From NCBI GenBank assembly GCA_965226555.1, contig CBDDDG010000022.1, positions 32,001-96,000 of the forward strand: 64,000 nucleotides of DNA, in the 5' to 3' direction. Both the position numbers and the translations under genes were made by a program. This DNA comes from Salinispira sp. Its GTDB lineage: Bacteria; Spirochaetota; Spirochaetia; DSM-27196; Salinispiraceae. The notes under the pieces were generated by a model. That model did not search any database and was not told where the DNA came from. It saw only the letters and a program-made list of their open reading frames with translations. Position 1 is the stretch's first letter. Each line of letters opens with the position of its first letter. Below, piece after piece: positions 58,785-64,000 of the stretch.

Positions 58785-60143
58785 TTATGTGAGATATGCC
58801 AACCATTCCTGCTGCTGGTCAATCATTCTGTCGAGCATATTCCGAAGAGGAAGGGCGCGGTTAATGACAGGGTTCGCAAGTAAGGCCTGCATTGCATATT
58901 CACGGCTCCCCCTGAGTACTGCTTCGGCTGTGAGATCATAGACACCGCAGTAATTACGCAGGAGTGCCAGAAAACCCTTCTGAATGTTGGGAAGGTGTTT
59001 TCCTTCAATTTCCGATTTTCGTATATATGCCGGTACCTCCACTGCAATCCATTCCGGAAGATCATCAATGTAGCCGGCGTTAGGAATGTTGACCGCTGCT
59101 TCCAGATAGTTGCTGTCTGTCAGTATACCTTCAATAATGGGAACAACGCGTTCATTGCATTCAAGGCTGACTTTCTTTTCAATCCACTGCGCGCAGCTTA
59201 TGCGGTAATAATCGAAAAAGTCCAGAATACCGCGATGGTCTGCAATATCCCAGGCCCATGCAATATATTCTCCAAAATGACTGTCAACAGTTATTGGCAG
59301 GAGTCCATAATTTTCCATAATAAATTTGAACAGACTGCGGTCTGCCCATTCAAAGTTACTCGAAACCTTTGCTCTATTTCGGGAACCTTCGGCAAAGGCA
59401 AAGGTTTTTGTTTTCAGGTAATGATTCCAAATATCGCTATAGCCGGGTTCAGTACGAAAAAATTCATAGGCCTTTTTCATGATTTCCGGATACATATCTT
59501 TATTTGTCTTTTTATCCCGGGCTTCAAGAAGGCAGCTGAAATGGTTAAGACCGCCGGCTGCGCACTCAAGCTCATCAAAATCTTTGTTAAGGATGATCGG
59601 AATATATCGTTCGAGGGAAGCAATTTCATGGCATAAACCGGTAAATTTAATGCCCGGAAATGCTCGGTGTACGGTAGTCGTTATTGCCGTCATTGGGTTT
59701 GAGTAACAAAATAAATGAGCATGTGGAGCAATATCAATTGCATCGCGGCAAATTTCAAGAATGGGAGGGATAATTCGAAGAGCATGGAATAGGCCTCCAG
59801 CTCCGCCGTTTTCTCCATATACCTGCTGTATTCCGTATTGCTGCGGAATTCGCCAGTCTTCCTCCCAAAGTTTGAAGCGGTCGCCAACCTCAATGGAAAT
59901 GATAATGAAGTCGGCATCGGAAAATGCTTCTCTGCGGTTGAGTGTCGCCGAGATGCTGAAATTCAGCGTGTATTCCTCAATAGCATCTTCGGCTTTCGCG
60001 CGCATTTTGCTCAGACGCCCCTCATGTATATCATGCAGGCATACATGTGCCCCCCGCAAAGTATTGTTGCCGAATATATCGCCAATGGTACCAGTGCCGA
60101 AGTTTGAACTTCCTGCCCCAACAAGAACAATTTTTACCGACAT
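58785..60143 (-). CDS. Family 4 glycoside hydrolase (alpha-glucosidase/galactosidase)
   Basis: GAGS, GENGGAGG, NP, GLCH, GLNHF. Confidence 0.9.
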   Translation of the reverse strand: MSVKIVLVGAGSSNFGTGTIGDIFGNNTLRGAHVCLHDIHEGRLSKMRAKAEDAIEEYTLNFSISATLNRREAFSDADFIIISIEVGDRFKLWEEDWRIPQQYGIQQVYGENGGAGGLFHALRIIPPILEICRDAIDIAPHAHLFCYSNPMTAITTTVHRAFPGIKFTGLCHEIASLERYIPIILNKDFDELECAAGGLNHFSCLLEARDKKTNKDMYPEIMKKAYEFFRTEPGYSDIWNHYLKTKTFAFAEGSRNRAKVSSNFEWADRSLFKFIMENYGLLPITVDSHFGEYIAWAWDIADHRGILDFFDYYRISCAQWIEKKVSLECNERVVPIIEGILTDSNYLEAAVNIPNAGYIDDLPEWIAVEVPAYIRKSEIEGKHLPNIQKGFLALLRNYCGVYDLTAEAVLRGSREYAMQALLANPVINRALPLRNMLDRMIDQQQEWLAYLT

Positions 60144-60155
60144 AGTTTCTCCTCG

Positions 60156-61067
60156 CTATCCCTTCACTGATCCGGCCATCATACCCCTGATAAAATACCG
60201 CTGTAAAGAGAAAAACACGACAAGAGGAAGTATCATGGACACAAAGGCGCCTGCTGTTAATGTTTGCCAGTCCTGTCCTCTCGATCCGACAAGTTCCTGA
60301 AGGCGTGTAGTAACTAGGGTGATATTTCCCCGTGTCAAAAAAACAAGCGCTACCAGCAGATCATTCCAGACCCACAGAAATTGAAAAATTGCAAACGATG
60401 CTATGGCAGGAATGGACAGCGGGAGAATGAGTATGGTGAACGTTTGCCATGGAGTTGCTCCATCAAGTTTTGCCGATTCAATTATCGATCCGGGAATTCC
60501 CGAAATGTATCCGTAGAGGATGTATGTTGCAAGGGGAAGGCCAAAGCCGGTATGAGCGAGCCATATTCCGAGAAAGGAACCATTAAGCCCGAGTGTGGTG
60601 TATATACGGAGAATGGGAATGAGACTCATCTGCAGAGGCACGACTAACAGACCAACAATGATGAACAGAGCCATTCTTCTCCCGATCCAGCTCAGCCATG
60701 CGATGGCAAAGGCAGCGAAGGCTGCAATGGTTATGGGAATAATGGTTGAGGGTATGGTTACCAGAAGACTATTGATAAATGCTCTTCCCATGCCGCCGCC
60801 GGAACCTGTTCCGGAACCCAACACTTTCTGGTAATTGTCGAGCGTCAGTCCGACCGGAGGCGGATTGCGCCAGCGAGACGAGCCATCTTCGTTCGTCCGT
60901 TCAGAAAAATCACCAAAGACTTCCCACCAGCCGTAGCTGCTTATCTGCTGCGGATATCGAAAGGAAGATACAAATAGTCCCAAAACCGGAACCATCCAGA
61001 TAACTATGAGGATAATCATACATATGTACGCCGATGTTTTTCCTGCGCGCTTTTTAAAAGAACTCAC
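60156..61067 (-). CDS. Carbohydrate ABC permease (AglG-like)
   Basis: ESAKLDGA, FLWVWNDL, LQRYFIRG. Confidence 0.9.
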   Translation of the reverse strand: MSSFKKRAGKTSAYICMIILIVIWMVPVLGLFVSSFRYPQQISSYGWWEVFGDFSERTNEDGSSRWRNPPPVGLTLDNYQKVLGSGTGSGGGMGRAFINSLLVTIPSTIIPITIAAFAAFAIAWLSWIGRRMALFIIVGLLVVPLQMSLIPILRIYTTLGLNGSFLGIWLAHTGFGLPLATYILYGYISGIPGSIIESAKLDGATPWQTFTILILPLSIPAIASFAIFQFLWVWNDLLVALVFLTRGNITLVTTRLQELVGSRGQDWQTLTAGAFVSMILPLVVFFSLQRYFIRGMMAGSVKG

Positions 61068-61069
61068 AA

Positions 61070-62158
61070 TTACCCTCCAATGTTTTTCATGTTTCGTATG
61101 TTTTGTATAACAAAGGGAAGAACAACAATAAAGAGCAGCACAGCGAGCGCGCTGCCGGTTCCAAAGTTACCCTGTTGAAAGGTCTGATCGTACATTGCAG
61201 AGGCGACAACGTCAGTATTGTAATTGCCGCTGGTCATCACAAAGACAACGTCAAAGGCCTTGAGTACCATGAATAAAATAGTAGTGAGCACCATAATGAG
61301 TGTATTGCGAATGTAGGGAATGGTAATTTGAAAAAATATGCGGAACACGTTGGCTCCGTCAATTTTTGCCGCTTCATGGAGTTCTGCCGGAACATTTTTG
61401 ATCGCAGCCGATAATATCACCATTGCAAAACCGGTTAAAAGCCATATCATAATAAACATTAGAAAAAAATTATTCCAAGGTTCCTGAATGAGCCATGCAA
61501 TAGATTCATTGCCGCCGGCTTGGCGAATAGCATTGAGGAGGCCAATTTCTTCCCCAAAGGGCGATTTATAGTATACAAATCGGAAAATTATGGAAGCGCC
61601 GACAAAACTGATCGCCATTGGTAAAAAAATACATGCCTTGAACATTTTCTCGGCAGTTGCGCGTAATTTGTCGGTAATAACCGCTACCGTCAGCCCCAGC
61701 GCAACAGTAACAATAGGAACAATTATCACCCACAGGAAGGTATTCCGAAGAACAATGTGCATTCTCGGGTTTGAAAAAATGTATATATAGTTTTGCAGTC
61801 CAAGGAAGATATCGCCTGTTTTGTCGAAAAAGCTCAAAAAAATTGTCCGAAAAGCCGGATAGACTAGGTAGATTCCCAGCATAAAGAGAGCCGGAAACAC
61901 ATAAAAATATCCGACAATTTTTTCACGCTTTTTTTCCGATATCTGCTCGGCAACACTGTTTCCTGTCCAGTAAAAAAGCCAGATTCCACCAATGCCAACA
62001 AAAAGCACAAGAATGGTATTGATAATGGTTGGTATATTTTTGTTGCCAATAATAATAAAGGCGAAAATGAGCGCAATGATCGTGGCAATGAATCTGACAA
62101 TACTCAACAGTAGCCGAGCCGGATGCCCTTGAGCTGTCGGTCTAGCGGAATCTGCCAT
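61070..62158 (-). CDS. Carbohydrate ABC permease (AglF-like)
   Basis: FLPMAIS, EAAKIDGA; GGAGG RBS before ATG 62158. Confidence 0.88.
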   Translation of the reverse strand: MADSARPTAQGHPARLLLSIVRFIATIIALIFAFIIIGNKNIPTIINTILVLFVGIGGIWLFYWTGNSVAEQISEKKREKIVGYFYVFPALFMLGIYLVYPAFRTIFLSFFDKTGDIFLGLQNYIYIFSNPRMHIVLRNTFLWVIIVPIVTVALGLTVAVITDKLRATAEKMFKACIFLPMAISFVGASIIFRFVYYKSPFGEEIGLLNAIRQAGGNESIAWLIQEPWNNFFLMFIMIWLLTGFAMVILSAAIKNVPAELHEAAKIDGANVFRIFFQITIPYIRNTLIMVLTTILFMVLKAFDVVFVMTSGNYNTDVVASAMYDQTFQQGNFGTGSALAVLLFIVVLPFVIQNIRNMKNIGG

Positions 62159-62262
62159 CGCCGCCCTCCAAATACACCATCTGCACATGTGCCATATGGC
62201 AATATACCATATGAGGAAACTTGTATGAGCTGCCCGATTGCTCAGACAGCCCACAAGAAAAA

Positions 62263-63597
62263 TTATGGATACGATGCATCAATTGCATTGAGTATTTCAA
62301 CTTCATCAAGGCCCTTACTATTAACAAAATCAACCATACCGCTCCAGAAGGTTCCCGATCCCACTGCGCCAGGCATGAGATCGGAAGCATCAAAACGGAA
62401 GGTATCGGCTGCAAGAATAATTTCGGCGTACCCCCGTTCAATAGGCGAGGGGTACCAGTCGAGAGAAGAATCGTTATGAGGACTCACAAACCCGCCGGCT
62501 TCAATCCATGATTTTGTTGATAAACCAGTTGAAATGTACTTCATAACAGCTCGTACTTCAGGCCTATCGGTAAACGCTGAATAGATATCGCCTGCGCCAA
62601 GCACAGGTTTTCCTTCTTCAGGATCAATGGGAGGCAGATAGAAATAGTCAATGAGCCCCTGTTCAACTTCACTTCCTCCTTCCGGGAAAAATCCGGTGAT
62701 GAAGTTAGCCTGCCGATGCATGAGCGCGAAGGGCGGGTCCTGGAGAAGAGGTATGGGACCGTCACCGAAGGGAACGGTGAGGATGGCATCTGTTCCGCCA
62801 AGAACATAATCTTTATTGAACCATATCTCACTGAGAATATCGAGCGCTCTTCTGATTTCCGGACTATTAAATTTTAAGTCCCCGGCAACCCATGCATCAT
62901 ATTTTTCAGCAGGTTCGGTTCTGAGGAGAATATCTTCAACCCAGTCTGTTGCAACCCAGCCGGTCGCGCCTGAACTTTCGATGGAAATAGACCATGGGGT
63001 ATATCCATCGGCAACCATCTGATCAGAAAGCGCAATGAGTTCATCCCATGTCTGGGGAATTCCATAACCTTCCGCTTCAAATACCGGCTTTGCATACCAG
63101 ACCAAACTTTTTAAGTTTGCCCGATACCACAGACCTGCAACTTTGCCGTCAACCAATGAGAGGTCAATCCAAGCATCAGAATACTGCTGACGCAGATAAT
63201 CATCGCTGAACCAATCGCTCAGGTCAACAATGAAATTCTGACGGGTAAGATCGGCCATGAGACCCGGTTGGGGAAAGGCTGCAATGTCGGGGGGATCCCC
63301 GCCTTCTGCGCGCACACGTACAAGTGTTTCAAAGTCGCCCGAACCCTCATACACAATGTTAATGCCTGTTGCTTCAGCGAATGGAATCATTGCCTCTTCA
63401 AAACGTTCGGCGTCAACATCGACAAATGCGCCGAAGATATTTACCGTTGTTCCCGATAAATCGGCGCCATTGGTGTAGGGATTGTCGGGGTAATTTCCAC
63501 CGCCTGCTCCTTCTTCACCGTTGCCTCCTGCATAAGCAAAAGTTATTACTACTGTCAGCAAAAGAACTAACAGTATATTTCGATTAATTTGTGGCAT
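62263..63597 (-). CDS. Sugar ABC substrate-binding protein (AglE-like)
   Basis: PDIAAFPQPG, KSLVWY, ATGW..TDW.ED, RFDASDLMP; AGGAGG RBS. Confidence 0.88.
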   Translation of the reverse strand: MPQINRNILLVLLLTVVITFAYAGGNGEEGAGGGNYPDNPYTNGADLSGTTVNIFGAFVDVDAERFEEAMIPFAEATGINIVYEGSGDFETLVRVRAEGGDPPDIAAFPQPGLMADLTRQNFIVDLSDWFSDDYLRQQYSDAWIDLSLVDGKVAGLWYRANLKSLVWYAKPVFEAEGYGIPQTWDELIALSDQMVADGYTPWSISIESSGATGWVATDWVEDILLRTEPAEKYDAWVAGDLKFNSPEIRRALDILSEIWFNKDYVLGGTDAILTVPFGDGPIPLLQDPPFALMHRQANFITGFFPEGGSEVEQGLIDYFYLPPIDPEEGKPVLGAGDIYSAFTDRPEVRAVMKYISTGLSTKSWIEAGGFVSPHNDSSLDWYPSPIERGYAEIILAADTFRFDASDLMPGAVGSGTFWSGMVDFVNSKGLDEVEILNAIDASYP

Positions 63598-63644
63598 AAC
63601 CACCTCCTATTTACATGCGCGAGGAGCGCATGAATTATTATTAC

Positions 63645-63673
63645 ACAGTACATGGTGTTGTGAGATGTGTCAA
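63645..63673 (-). promoter_or_regulatory. Sigma70 promoter of the sugar ABC operon
   Basis: TTGACA-17-TACTGT. Confidence 0.65.
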
Positions 63674-63720
63674 GAAGCGGGATTTTTTGATTTGGGATAT
63701 TAAGGTTTGCGGATAGAACA

Positions 63721-64000
63721 TCATTGATTTTTGCTCATCATGTCATTTCGCAGTCGGGTCATAAGGGTGAGCCCCCACAGATACATGCGGGGAATGTGAA
63801 AGGGTCCCTTGAACATGTTTCCCTTGAGGCTGGTGGACAGGCTCCCATCGCGGCGCAAATACCCGTACCATTCTCCATAGTCCCTGTCGGGAAAATGTCG
63901 GTGAGACCACAGATCAATTTTGTGGAACCATTGCCAATACTTTTCTTCTCCGGTCAGCAGTCCGGCGTAGAGGGTTGCAATGATCGCCTCATTATGCGGC
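63721..64000 (-). CDS. N-acylglucosamine 2-epimerase (AGE family), 3' part only
   Basis: PHNEAIIA...GEWYGYLRRDG...KG.MFKGPFHIPR; truncated by the window edge. Confidence 0.82.
   Translation of the reverse strand, partial: PHNEAIIATLYAGLLTGEEKYWQWFHKIDLWSHRHFPDRDYGEWYGYLRRDGSLSTSLKGNMFKGPFHIPRMYLWGLTLMTRLRNDMMSKNQ

Noticed and set aside
63614..63632. CATGCGC-gagga-GCGCATG hairpin as a riboswitch
   Set aside because: Only a 7-bp stem in a ~40-nt leader; too small to support a call
1..64000. tRNA, rRNA or prophage genes
   Set aside because: No cloverleaf, rRNA signature, integrase or phage structural gene was recognised

Overview
64-kb chromosomal window from a spirochaete. The assignment is inferred from FAGG-type signal peptides on solute-binding proteins, an ATC-started rpsU, a RecJ carrying an insertion and a pallilysin-related lipoprotein; the organism is probably Spirochaetaceae-like and possibly host-associated. 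Content is mostly housekeeping: cdd, metX/metW, BMP protein, RecQ-like helicase, Rrf2 regulator, M23-bactofilin-YaaR, 5'-nucleotidase, cysNC, an E2/E3/fused-E1 dehydrogenase cluster with polyol-phosphate oxidoreductases, pdp, recJ, rpsU, mutL, an HD hydrolase and an alpha-glucoside ABC/GH4 operon. Two accessory inserts are present: an Fn3/DUF285 surface lipoprotein next to an Rpn gene, and an AT-rich ClpP-fold protease plus Panacea island. Main observations: (1) a 1631-aa outer-membrane protein whose motif order recalls the T9SS translocon SprA, next to a second beta-barrel; (2) a dispersed ~55-bp palindromic repeat with about 12 copies or remnants, often at promoters; (3) an Rpn gene with a perfect internal RBS, matching the RpnL/RpnS gene-in-gene toxin-antitoxin arrangement; (4) ATC/CTG start codons and several apparently leaderless genes; (5) a voltage-sensor-HAMP protein with no pore and no output domain. 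No rRNA, tRNA or CRISPR array was seen. All family assignments come from motif recognition, not database searches.
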